Positions 27,200 through 39,615 of a stretch of DNA of 64,000 nucleotides are shown in pieces. Source of the DNA: the human T2T-CHM13v2.0 reference genome, Homo sapiens; assembly GCF_009914755.1 (NCBI RefSeq), contig NC_060927.1. One strand, 5' to 3'. The notes under the pieces were generated by a model. The model worked only from the letters and a program-made list of their open reading frames with translations, made no database searches and was not told where the DNA came from. The first letter of the stretch is position 1. The number at the start of each line of letters is the position of its first letter. Position numbers and translations under genes: made by a program.

Positions 27200-27625
27200 G
27201 GTAGTCAGATCAGAGTATTATACACAAAGGATAAGACTGGAGTAATAAATTGCTTAGAGGAGGGAGCTGGGGATAATAGATTTGTAAATCACAGAAACAG
27301 CTGAGGAAATTAGGGATATTTAACATGGGGAATTAAAGAATAAGTAGCACATCTGGTAGTTATGCTCAAGTATTTAAGGACTATCATATTTATGTATAGG
27401 TAGATTTTTCTCCCCCCCTTATTTGATAGGTGCAGCCTGGGAGAAAATACACTTTGGAAGATTTACTTTGCTTCATTACAGAGAACCTTAACTTAATTAG
27501 GACTGTCCAGCAGTAGAATGGAGGTTTTGTGTAAATAACATCATTGTCTTTCAAGGATGCGGTAGACAGGACCCCGTTATTTGGAGGAAAGCCAAGCTAG
27601 ATATCTTCTAAGATTCTTTCCAACA
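27200..27625 (+). mobile_element. L3/CR1 3' fragment
   Basis: aacagctgaggaaattagggatatttaacatgg...ctcaagtatttaaggactatcat resembles the CR1/L3 3' region. Confidence 0.65.
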
Positions 27626-28665
27626 CAATCATTTAACCACTAGGATGTATTGTATACATGCTCTATAAATTTTGTGCCTTATGGTAAATTGTAGATTTTC
27701 TGGAAAAGAAGGAAGCCCATTCTACTGGGGAAATAAAAGTGTTTCTTAATTAAAAAAAAATAAGGGGAATCATTTTTCCTCTGGCTTAGCACGAACTGCT
27801 TCTTTGCACTGTGTTACCTAATTTTGCCATAAATCTATGGAACTACCAATCCCCTGCCTCAGTGTAGATTGTAGATTGGTTTTCAAAAACTAGAATCCAA
27901 ACAGTGAACACACTGTAATATCATCACAAGCACTACGATCAAACCAGAACAAAACACTCCAAAGATGAATGGAGGAGCATTTTTATGGTGTATGTTTTCT
28001 CTACGATATTTGCTGTAAAACATCCAAAATTCCACTGAAAGCTTCTAAGCCCTGTGGAATAGAAATAGATTGATATCATCTTCAGCCTTTTGATAAAAGA
28101 AGGGCAACCTAAATGTAATTATTATTTTACAAGTCTCTAGAGAACAGGAGAGATGTGTCTCAAATGGCACATTATCTAAAACAAAGTCAGAAATACCTTG
28201 GGGAAAGCAATAGTGGTTCCTTTTACTATTACAGTAATATTAACTTATTCTGTTGGTTTTTTTTGTCTCCATCTCTGTGTCTTAATGTTTGTCTTTCTTT
28301 ACTTGTTTATATATGTTTTTTAGTTTGTAAAAGAAAAAAAATAGAGACAGACAAAGGAGAAACCAGAGGATTAATGGTTAATTTCTGATTTCATAATAAT
28401 GTCTCCTACTTTGAGGAGAGGTCCCATTCTGTTATACTGAACTATTTTATACATTATAAAATGAATATATATTTATTTTCAATAAGAATCATTATGGTGT
28501 GTATTTTGAGTTCTTACATATGCTCAATATAAATATATTTTTCATGATTTTACATATGAAGCTAAATATGGAATAAATATTTCATCATTTAAGTATGATT
28601 ACAAGTAAACCAATGATAATTTAGAATTTGCTGCAAATTTATGCTCCATTTTATTTTTAAAAATA

Positions 28666-28938
28666 TTTTAAAGATGGGATCTTGCTATGCTGCCCAGCCT
28701 AGAGCGCCGTGGCTAGTCACAGATGTGATCATGGTGCACTGTGGACTTGAACTCCTGGACAGGAGCAATCCTCTTGCCTCAGCCTCCTGAGTATCTTGGA
28801 CTTGAACTCCTGGACAGGAGCAATCCTCTTGCCTCAGCCTCCTGAGTATCTGGGACTTGAACTCCTGGACATGAGCAATCCTCTTGCCTCAGCCTCCTGA
28901 GTATCTGGGGCTACAGGCAAACACCACCATGCCAAGCT
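28666..28938 (-). mobile_element. FAM (fossil Alu monomer) with internal 3 x 55-bp amplification
   Basis: gtggctagtcacagatgtgatc is the 7SL/FAM-type segment; repeat units start at 28743, 28798 and 28853. Confidence 0.85.
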
Positions 28939-29329
28939 TCCATTTCATTTTTAATAGAACCTCTTTATTGATATTTAACATTCAAAAGAAATATTTCTCA
29001 GACATTTTCCCCAATATTTTGATTAGTGTGCTGTGGCAAATACCTTGTCTTACAAAGTTAAAAATAATATTTTATGCTGAAATAGTTACTTGTTTGTAAA
29101 GGTTTATTCTAGAGTTGTACTAAAATAGTAATATTTAGTACTAATATTTGAAATTGAAATATACTTTCATAGATGTGCATTATTGCTTCAAAGAAGGCAC
29201 AACTCACTAAAAATTCCCTCTGATTCACACTTTGCACATTCAGTAAATGATTGGATGTTCTATGTGACTTTAATTTCTATCTCCTACATTAGAAAAAAAA
29301 TTTTGTGTTTTTGACATTCACTGAAGTTA

Positions 29330-29800
29330 TTTGCTAGAATTGGTAAAAGACATCACCTGTCACCCAGCAAATATTTGAAGTCATCTTGACATCTCCTTCT
29401 CTCTTATCACGTAGAAAACACTTTTGAGGAACAAATATTGATGCTATCCACTCAAAAATCTTTCAAATCTATTCTCTTCTTCCCACCCACACTGTATAGC
29501 TTAGACCTGACCTTCAACACTTCTTGCTAAGATTATAAACCTATCTTCCTAACTGGTTTTCTTGCTTCCAGGTGTTTCTACTCCATCAAATTGCTTATGG
29601 ATTCATAGAGTTGTTAACATGATTTTCTTTAAAGAGAAAAACAAAGCAAACAAACAAAACCCTCTGCTTACAAATCCTCCATAAAGTTTTACAGTCTTCT
29701 GGACAAAATTTAAACTTTGCAATATGTTATTAAATCCATTTCATAATCCAATTTCTGTGGACTTCCTCAACCTCCTGTTCTGTTACTTTGCCACACAGAT
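29330..29800 (+). mobile_element. L2 fragment
   Basis: gtcatcttgacatctccttctctc...cttcctaactggttttcttgcttcca...acaaaatttaaact. Confidence 0.65.
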
Positions 29801-30419
29801 GTTATGTGCCCAGCATATAAAGCTGCCATTAGTATCATCCTTTCTCACCCTTCTTGGGCAGTGATGCTTTGTCTTCTTGAAGTGCCATCCCATTCTGTCA
29901 GCCTTACTATACCTTCAGTGGGGAGAGAAGAAAGGGACTGTGGAGGAATGAGTCTTGGCAAAGACCTTCAGATTGAACGTGGAAGGAAAGACAAAATTAA
30001 AATAAGGTATGGAGGATGAGTATTTGCCAATCTCTTTAGCCTCATGTTTCGCCATACACTCTTGGCCCATTTTTTGCTCACCCACTCCTAAGCCCCTTAC
30101 ATCCAGACCAGTGGTTCTCAACTAGGATGGTCTGGACAATCACTTTGTTGATTGTTTCCTTTGCTGTGCAGAAGACCTTTAACTTTGTATGATCCCATTC
30201 ATCTATTTTTGCTTTGCTTTCCTGTGCTTGTGGGGTATTATTCAAGAAATCTTTGCCCAGACCAACATCCTGGAGAGTTTTCCCAATGTGTTTTTTTAGA
30301 AGTTTTATAGTTTGAGATCTTAAATTTAAGTCTTTAATTTTGATTTTATTTTCCTATGTGGTGAGACATAGGGTCTTATTTCTTCTGCATATGGATATCC
30401 AGTTTTTCCAGCACCTTGT

Positions 30420-30702
30420 ATTTTTTAAATTTTCATAGTATTTGGGATACAGGTAGTTTTTGGTGATTAGTGCACCCACCAACTGAGCAGTGTACACTGT
30501 ATTCAATATGTAGTCTTTTTTCCCTCACCTCCTCCCAACCTTTCCCCGAGCCTCCAAGTCCACTGTATCATTCTTATGACTTGCATTCTTATAGCTTAGC
30601 TTCCCCACATAAGTGAGAACATACAGTAATTGATTTTTCATTTCTTAGCTATCCGTAATGCTACTTCACTTAGATAAATGGCCTCCAGCTCCATCCAAGT
30701 TT
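30420..30702 (-). mobile_element. L1PB 3' end nested in the L1MA
   Basis: gagcagtgtacactgta...agtccactgtatcattcttatg...tagcttagct; cagcacc duplicated on both flanks. Confidence 0.8.
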
Positions 30703-31832
30703 ACAGCACCATTTACTGAAGAGACTGTTCTTTCCCCAGTGCATGTTCTTGGCACCTTTGTTGAAAATGAGTTCACTGTAGGTGTGTGGAGTTGTTTCTG
30801 GGTTCTCTATTCTGTTTCATTTGTCTATATGTCTGTTTTTATACCAGTTCCATGCTGTTTTGGTTATTATACCTTTGTAGTATAATTTGAAGTTAGGTAG
30901 TGTGATTACTCCAGTTTTGTTTTTTTACTTAGGACAGGTTTGGCTATTCTTGGTCTTTTGTGGTTTCATATAAATTAAAGGATTGTTTTTCCCTTCAATT
31001 TCTTTCATCAGTGTTTTATAATTTTCATTGTAGAGTTCTTTCACTTATTTTATTAAGTTAATCCATAGGTATTTAATTTTCTTTGCCATTATTATAAATG
31101 GAATTGCTCTTCGATTTTTTTTTTCAGATTGCTCACTGTTGGCATATAGAAATGCTACTGATTTTTTAAGTTCATTTTGTATCCTGCAACTTTACTGAAT
31201 TTGTTTATTAGCTTGGATAGATTTTTGGTTAAATCTTTGGGTTTTTCCCAATATAAGATCCTATCATCTGAAAACAAATATAGTTTGACTTCTGCCTTTA
31301 CAATGTGGATGCCCTTTATTTCTTTCTCTTCTCTGATTGCTTTAGCTAGGACTTCCAATACTATGTTGAATAACAGTGTTGAAAGTGGACATCCTTGTCT
31401 TCTTCCAGATCTTGAAGAAAAGTTTTAATTTATTTCTCATTCAGTATGATACTAGTTGTGGGTCTGTCACATGTGGTTTTTATATACCCAGATTTTTTAG
31501 GGCTTTGAAATTAGGGCTTAGAGATGTTGAATTTTATATAATCCTTTTCAGCATCAATTGAAATGATTCTGGGTTTTTGTCCTTCATTCTGTTTATATGA
31601 CATATCCATATCACATTGATTGATTTGTGTATATTGAGCCATCCTTGCATCCCAGGAATAAATCCCGCTTGGTCATGATGAAAAAATTTTTTAACGTGTT
31701 GTTAAATTCGGTTTAATAGCATTTGGTTGAGGATTTTTGCATCGATGTTCATCAAGGATATTGGTCTATAGTTTCACTGATGTGTCTTTGTCTGGTTTTG
31801 GTATCAAGATAATACTAGCCTTGTACTGGTAA

Positions 31833-32909
31833 TGTTACAGGATTCCTTTGGAGCCGCTTCACCAGCCAGAAAGCTCTGCAGCTGCTCCCACCTCTGCCCA
31901 GGCCTCACTCGGGGCCCCCTGGGTTCGCTCAGCCCGCTCAGCCAGGCAGGCCTCTCTTGGCTCACATCCCCTGCCCGTATCCTGCAACCTCAGCAGCTCC
32001 GTGCTCAGCCCACAGCTGGAACGGCGTGGGGTGAGCAGCTTCCACCTTGGGCGCCAGTGTCTAGTTGAGGGGAACGCAGTGGCACCCTAAAACCCAGAGA
32101 TGCCAGCAATTGTGGGGCCCCAAGGGGTGTTATAACTCTTGCTCGGAAAGTCCCAAGGTCTAAGCCCCCAAGAGATGTTGCAGCTCTTCACTCCCATAGC
32201 TTGGCGAGTGGGAGCATGTCACAGCTCTCCTTCTCCTGTGGTCCAGTGAGCAGGAGCACGTTCAGCTCTTTCATTCTCACTGCGCGTCCTGTGGTCCAGT
32301 GAGCAGGAGCATGTCACAGCTCTCTTTCTCCTGTGGTCCAGCGAGCAGGAGCATGTCACAGCTCTCTTTCTCCTGTGGTCCAGCGAGCAGGAGCATGTCA
32401 CAGCTCTCCTTCTCCTGCGGTCCAGCGAGCAGGAGCACGTTACAGCTCTTTTACTCTCACTGCGCGCCACTGGGCAGGTTCCAAATTCATGTCCTGAGAC
32501 CAAGAGGAATAAGGTGCGTGGACACTGGAGAGTGAATAAGGCAGATAATAATTTTATTGAGTGACAGAAGGAAAGCTCTCAGCTGTGAGAGGGGACCCGA
32601 GAGTGGGTAGCCCTTCATGTGGCTGGGTCTGGGGTTATGCTGGACTTAGAACGGTGGAGTGTGGGCTGATTGGTTCATGGGTGGGCGTGGAAAAACCACC
32701 ATTCGATTGATTAAAAGGTATCATCCACAAGGAACCCGTCGAGAGAGAGAGGGTAGGACGGGGTTAGAAGTTGTCCCTTGGATCGTGCACTCCATCTGGA
32801 ACTGGCAGATGGGTTTTCAGGCTGTAAACTGTCTTTTGCTTGAAGGTCAGATTTCACTGAGGACCCATCCCTGTCTGCCTAGGAATTTGTCTGTCTCCTG
32901 TCGCTATCA
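31833..32909 (-). mobile_element. ERV1-class solo LTR (LTR27/LTR28/MER52 group)
   Basis: tgttacagg...tcgctatca termini, GC-rich, 4-bp TSD GTAA (31829-31832 / 32910-32913); exact subfamily uncertain. Confidence 0.8.
32206..32468. repeat. ~42-bp minisatellite within the ERV1 LTR
   Basis: Unit gagcaggagcatgtcacagctctctttctcctgtggtccagc; starts at 32206, 32248, 32301, 32343, 32385 and 32427. Confidence 0.9.
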
Positions 32910-34032
32910 GTAATGCTGGCCTCATACATACTGAATAGCTTTAGTAGGATTTGTATTTTTTTTCTTTAAATATTTGGTAAAATTTAGCAGGAAAACCACT
33001 GGGTCCTGGACTTTTCTTTGCCGGAAGGCTTTTTATTACAGCTTCAATCTCATTACCTGTTATTGGTCTGTTCAGGTTTTGGATTTCTTTATGGTTCAGT
33101 CTAGGTAGGATGTATGTGTCTAGGAACTTAACAATTTCTTCTAGGTTTTCCGATTTATTGGCATACCGCTGCTCATAGTAGCCTCTAAGGATCCTTTGAA
33201 TTTCTGTAGTATCAGTTGTAATGTTTCAGTTTTCATCTCTGATTTTATTTATTGAGATATTCTCTCTTTATGTCTTAGTCTGGCTAAAGTTTTGTCGATT
33301 TTATTTATCTTTTTGAAAAAACAACTTTTTGTTTCATTGATCATTTGTATTGTTTTCTTTCTTTCATTTATTTCTGCTCTAATCTTTCTTATTTCTTTTC
33401 TGCTACTAATTTTTGATTTGGATTGCTCTTGCTTTTCTAGTTCTTTAAGATATACCTTTAGGTTGTTTATTTAAAGTTTATCCACTTTTTTTGAGGCATT
33501 TACTGCTATAAACTTTCCTCTTGGTACTACTTTTGCAGTATTCCATAGTTGTTGGTATATTGTGTTTCCATTTTCACTTGCTTCAAAAAATTTCCTAATT
33601 TCCTTCTTCATTTCTTATTGACCCATTGGTCATTCAGAAGCATTGTTTAATTTCCATGTTTGTGCAGTTAACAAAGTTTCTCTAGTCACTAATTTCTAGT
33701 TTTATTCTATTGTGGTCAAAGAAGATACCTGATATGATTTCAGTAGTTTTGAATTTTGTAAGACATGTTTTGTGGCCTATCAAACGATCTATCCTTGAGA
33801 ATGTTCCCTGTGCTGAAGAGAAGAATGTGTATTCTGTAGCTGTTGGATAAAATGTTCTGTAAATATCCATTGGGTCCATTGGGTCTATAGCGCAGATTAA
33901 ATCTGATGCTTCTTTGTTGATTTTCTATCTGGATAATCTGTCGAATGCTGAGAGTGGGGTGTTGAAGTCTCCAGCTATTACTATATCGGGGTCTATCTCT
34001 CTCTTTAGCTGTATAATATTATTGGCTTTACA

Positions 34033-34338
34033 ACATTCTCAGCAAACTAACACAGGAACAGAAAACCAAACACCACATGTTCTCACTCATAAGTAGGAGC
34101 TGAACAATGAGAACACATGGACACAGGGAGGGGAACATCACGTACCAGGCCCTGTTTGGGGTAGGGGACAAGGGGAGAACATTAGGACAAATACCCAATG
34201 CATGTGGGGCTTAAAACCTAGATAATGGGTTGATAGGTGCAGCAAACCACCATGGCACATGTATACCTATGTAAGAAACTGGCATGTTCTGCACATGTAT
34301 CCCAGAAGTTAAAGTAAAATTAAAAATAATAATAATAA
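34033..34338 (+). mobile_element. L1PA8-like 3' end nested in the antisense L1MA
   Basis: cattaggacaaatacccaatgcatgtggggcttaaaacctaga; (AAT)n tail; TSD tattggctttaca. Confidence 0.9.
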
Positions 34339-37300
34339 TATTGGCTTTACATATCTACATGCTTCTGTGTTGGACGAATACATATTCACAACTGTTATAT
34401 CCTCTTGTCTAATTGATCTCTTTATGATTATATAACGATCTCCTTTGTCTCTTTTTGTAGTTTTTGTTTTGAAGTCTATTTTTTTCTGACATAAGTATAG
34501 CTACTACTGCTCTTTTTTGATTTCCATTCATATGGAATACCTTTTGCTATCCTTTTATTTTCAGTCTATATGTGTCTTTATAGGTGAAGTGCATTTCTTG
34601 TAGGCAACAGATGATTCGGTCTTGTTTTTTTCTTCATTTTGTTTTCATTTTTGTTTTAATTCATTCAGCCACTCTGTGTCTTTTGATTCTAGAATTTAGT
34701 CCATAGATATTCAATGTCATTATTGAAAAGTAAGGACTTACTCCTGCCATTTTTTACTGGTTTACTGGTTATTTTGTGGTGCTCTCTGTCTTCTTGTTTT
34801 CATTCCTGTCTTCCTTTCAGTGAAGATGATTTTCTCTGTTGGTATGTTTTATTCTCTTGCTTTTTATTTTTTGTGTCCACTGTCATATGCTTTTTGAGTT
34901 AAGATTACTATGCATGCAAATGCTTTTTGTGTGTCTGAATCTCTCTGTCTCTCACTTTTATTTCTCTCTCTCAAGGTTTATTTAGCTAAATACTACTAAT
35001 TCTGATTATCTCAGTTTAAATAAAACTCTCATAAGGAAGCCTATTCTGATCCTTTTCTGTCAGCATTAAATGTCTTTTGTAATGTACACCAATAGCTCAT
35101 AGCACACTCCTCCTCCTTTAGTTATGTACATTATCAATATTCATTTAATTGTAAATACCTGTTTTTGTAGCCAGAGAGCAATCTCCCTAAGTGCAGAGAG
35201 AAGACGGTAATGTTCATCATGTTATCTCATATGCCTAGAGTACTGCCTGTCTCCCAGTTAGAGTACAATATGTATTTGTAGAAAGGAGAGGGGCGTGAGT
35301 TAAAGATAAAGTGACTAATTTATGCCACCTATCAATAAAGTTCATCTCTTTAAAGGATTTTCTCAGCTTAAGAAGTAGATGTGCTTTATACAAATTGAAA
35401 GGTGAAAATAAGCATCTTAAAGCTCACTTTCAGCCATTAGTTACATTAAGAACTTGGATTCATGTCTGAACTAAAAATATATCTAATCAATTAATTTCTT
35501 TTTGAAAAATGATAGGATAATATAGGTTTATTGGTTTATTTCCAGTACCCTTATACATTTTTTTTTCATGGGTGTATGCATGCATGCAATGACTAAGCAT
35601 ACAGAATTGCTTGTGAAAATTCTGGCCATTTCTCTAATACTGATTTTATTTCACCTTATACTATGGTGCAGGCAGATGATCATAGATTGTCTTAAAGCCA
35701 CCACAGCAAATTCTTCTTACTACAATGTAGAGGCAAAGACAAATTCAGAAGCATGAACTATGCATATCAGCCTGAGTTCAAGAAGTTTTACATATAACAA
35801 ATACATTTTTAAATCATAAGTGATAAAATTATAAGCTTTCTCTCCCTTCATGTCATAATGGATCTAAATCCCTGTATCTCAGACTACCCACCTTGTCCTT
35901 AAAAATGTGATCAATAGAAATAATATCAAATCGAGCACTGGAAAGTCCTTTTCACATGATTTATGATGCTAATAAAAGTGTTTTTAGATAAGAAACATAA
36001 CGAGAGAACTTGTTAGTACCTCTCATAATACTTGTTATCATTAACATTTACTCATACCAGCTCCTTCCTGCCTTGCACTACATAGAAGACAAACCATTGT
36101 TCTCTGTGAGAGTTTTTTTTTAATTTTTATGAACTACAGGCACAGAAATCAAATTATCATGTTTGCCCACTCTTTCTGCACTGGAAGTTAGGCATATTTA
36201 TTAGCTACAACACAGCATTTCAAGTTGGCATTTAGATCATTTCAATAACTAATGTTTGTTTTATCAACAATGGTTTAATTTGACATGCTGCATAATGCAT
36301 GCGCAATAACAGTGCCATGTTTGATGGATAAATGCCTAGGAAAAAAATTCAAATTGGCTAATAAATAAAATTGAATTTCAGGACCCCATTTATTTTAAGG
36401 AAACTTGTCACGGGTTATTAACTGTACTAAATAACGGCTTGTTTATGTCGGTGCATAAATAATTTGAAACAAATCGGGGTGACATAGGAACTATCATACT
36501 TCACTTACTGGTAAATGCAAGTGAAAGCAAGATTCCTTCACTCCTGATCACCAGAGCTGGTATTTTTCAGAAATGATTTCTACTTGTTGACAAGATTAGG
36601 ACCAAAACTTAACCAAGCTTTCATACTTTTAATATAAATCTATTATTTAGACATCCGGAATTTCTACCAATAGGAAATTAAACTGAAATTCTGACTCTAG
36701 ACCAATGGTTTTTTGATTTCACTACATACTAAAATTAAGTGGGATAGTTTTTTATGTTATTATAATGCTGATGTTTTGGTTCTCATTCTGGAGATTCTAA
36801 ATCAATTGGTGTAGATGGTTTATTTATTGCTGCTCTTTTTTATTATTTTGCTTTTGAAAATCAGTTGTATTGTTTGCTTGATTTTTTAACCCACAAGCAA
36901 TTATAAATGCAAAGCCAGGATTGAGAATTTCTGCTCTAACACAGTGTTCTGGTCACTACTGCACATCAATTCATGGAATTCACTTGGGTAACTGAGATCA
37001 AATTGTTTAATAATACTAATCATCCCCTTCAATAAAGAGTTTTCTGAGCAAGCCTTTTTAGTACCATGAAATTCTGGTTCTAAGGGGATTACCAAGATAG
37101 TATTTGTTCTAAAGAAGTTTATGTATAGAAACACAAGTGATAATATTGAAAGACAAAATAAGATAATTGCCCCAAGTGAAATGCAAACAGTTTATGAGAG
37201 CATATCTAGACATAAGGAAGGGCCAAAAAATAATTTTTGGAATATGTGGAATTCAGTCAGCCTTGCCAATAAATACAGTTACATAGTTTCACCTTGTTAA

Positions 37301-37359
37301 TGCCTTTATACTTCATAATCTCACAATAATTCAGTTAAGCAAACCAAGTATTTTTACTT

Positions 37360-37600
37360 TATTAATGATAAAAACAATAATTCCATGTGTGCATTCTGTT
37401 TTACAGTGTGCAAACAGGTTTAGATATGTCATCACTTTCGAGGCTCACAACATATGGGTATGCAATTCAGTATTCCTATTTTGGGATGAGGAGTCAGAGG
37501 CTCAGAATGTAAATGAATTATCCAATTTACAAAGCCAGCAAGTGCCAGAGTTGAGTATAAGATGAGTCCTCCTGAGTCCTACATAGTTCAGACCTTTTTA
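37360..37600 (-). mobile_element. MIR
   Basis: attcctattttgggatgaggagtcagaggctcagaatgtaaatgaattatcca. Confidence 0.7.
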
Positions 37601-38214
37601 AGCATTGCAATTTGAAGTTGAGAATTTGCTGAGCTTGGGTTAGATTCCAGGTCTCTTAAAACTGAACTGCTCTCTTAGGATATGCTCTGCCACACAAACA
37701 CTTAATGTTACATATTTCCAGTAACTATAGCTCAATGCCTTTTTAGAAAAATAACTTTTCAAAAGGTAATTGGAAACTGATACTCTAATGTATTTTTTAA
37801 AGCACAATACCAGCAAATTCACTACCTTACCGCTTTTATCCAAATCTAACTTTTCTTATTCTTTGTATAAACTATGAAATCATACTTAATACCTAGATCT
37901 TGGAAAATTTTAAAAGCTGAGTTAATGTAGAAACTATAAAAGCTCAAGAGAGATAGAAGTCATTGAGTGTTAGCTTTGGATATCTCCCTTCTGATAGTTC
38001 AGTTCTGTCCAACAGGTAGGAACACCTTGTGTGATTCTTCAGGGGCCACGTGTGGTTGCTCTGTAGCTCTTCATTCTGTGGCTTCCATGATGTGTTATTA
38101 GCATTTTTTTTCTGAGATTTCCACTCAGATTTCCACAGAAAAGCTGTTATACTAACAGTTATGGCTTATTTCTGCTAAAAGATGCAGGTTAGAAAGCAAA
38201 GGCAACTAATTAGA

Positions 38215-38892
38215 GTGGAGTTCTGAGCTTCCTGTTGTCCTCTCCCAGAGGAGTCACACGAACTGTGCTTACTCCTCCAAACAAAGATATGTAATAACAT
38301 GTAAGACATATTGCCAACCAAGGAAGCTCTTCTAAGCCTTGAATTTAGAGAGGTTTTTTGTTTGTTTAAGAGACAGGCCCTTGCTATGTTGCCTAGCCTT
38401 GAGGGCAATGAATAGTGGCTATTCATAGGTGCAATCATAGTGCACTACAGCTCAAACTCCGGGGCCCAAGTGATCCTCCTGCCTTAGTCTCTCAAGTAGC
38501 TGTGACTACAGGCATGTGCCACTGTGTCTAAGTCTAAAGTTCTTATTGTGGCTCAGTCAAATAGGCATGGATGGCCTAGGTCACTGACCTTAGCTACTCA
38601 GTCTCCAGTCTCCAACCCTATTCCCAAGAATCAAACCTACACAGTGTGGCCCAGGGCATTGGATATATATATATCCAATATTTAATCTTCAGATATATTC
38701 ACTATAAGTCACATTGTTAGGATGAACTAACTAGCGTGGTCCAAAGCCCCAGGTATGAAAAGATACTCTTATCAAGCAGGCTATTCTAAGGGCTTAGAGA
38801 TCATCTCCCCGAAACCTGAAAAGGGCCCATCCTTTCTTTAAATGTGCAGGGTTTGACTAACCCAAGCCTAGTAAGTTAACCCTTTATTGTAT
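38215..38892 (-). mobile_element. MER21C-like LTR (partial)
   Basis: ttgccaaccaaggaagctc...cacattgttag...actcttatcaagcagg...taagttaaccctttattgtata. Confidence 0.75.
38365..38533 (-). mobile_element. FAM monomer nested in MER21C
   Basis: gtggctattcataggtgcaatcatagtgcactacagc, FAM/7SL-type segment. Confidence 0.8.
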
Positions 38893-39305
38893 ATATATAT
38901 ATAAGGATTATGACTTGTGATTTGTCTTGAATGGGGAACCCCTGGATTAAAGTTTACTTTCCATTTGCAACTCATTTTTTATCGTATGAAACTTTATAAT
39001 CTAAACAAAGAATCTTCCTGAAACTTAGTAAGGATTATATCTGTTTGGGTTTTATATTTTTCTATAGATTGGTTTTATTGTTGTTACTGTTACAATGGTA
39101 TTAAGAGATAGTTCAGTATATCTCATATGATATTGTTAATCTTCATTTATTTTTCATTCAATAATTAGTAGAATTTGGCAATGGAAAAGGATAACTATGA
39201 AGACAGCTACTTCATGGACTAGTCGAAAAAGCTAGAGAGTTTTTTTGGTGTGTTCAGCCCTTCTTCTATTCCATTTGGTGAATGATTAAAGACCTATAGA
39301 CCACC

Positions 39306-39615
39306 TGTATTAGTCTGTTTTTATGCTGCTATAAAGAAATACCCAAGACTATGCAATTTATAAAGAAAAGAGATGTAACTGATTTACAGTTCTGCATGGC
39401 TGGGGAAGCCTCAGGAAACTTTTAGTCATGGTGGAAGGCACTTCACAGTGAGGCAGGAGAGAGAATGAGAGCTTAGCAAAGGAGGAAATGCCCCTTATAA
39501 AACCATCACCCCATGATTCAATTACCTCCCACTGGGTAACTCCCACAACATGTGGGAGTTATGGGAACTACAATTCAAGATAAGATTTGGGTGGGGACAC
39601 AGCCACAGCATATCA
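39306..39615 (-). mobile_element. THE1C/D-like solo LTR with internal deletion
   Basis: tgtattagtc...gcatatca; perfect TSD CCACC (39301-39305 / 39616-39620). Confidence 0.92.

Larger units (their letters stand above)
30139..34910 (-). mobile_element. Old L1 (L1MA-like) ORF2 region hosting three later insertions
   Basis: ORF2-like translations at 31155..31358 ([18 protein letters not shown]) and 33682..33879 (DIYRTFYPTATEYTFFSSAQGTFSRID, endonuclease); many lesions. Confidence 0.9.

Noticed and set aside
31833-32909. GC-rich region as a CpG-island gene promoter
   Set aside because: It is fully bounded by LTR termini and a TSD inside an L1.
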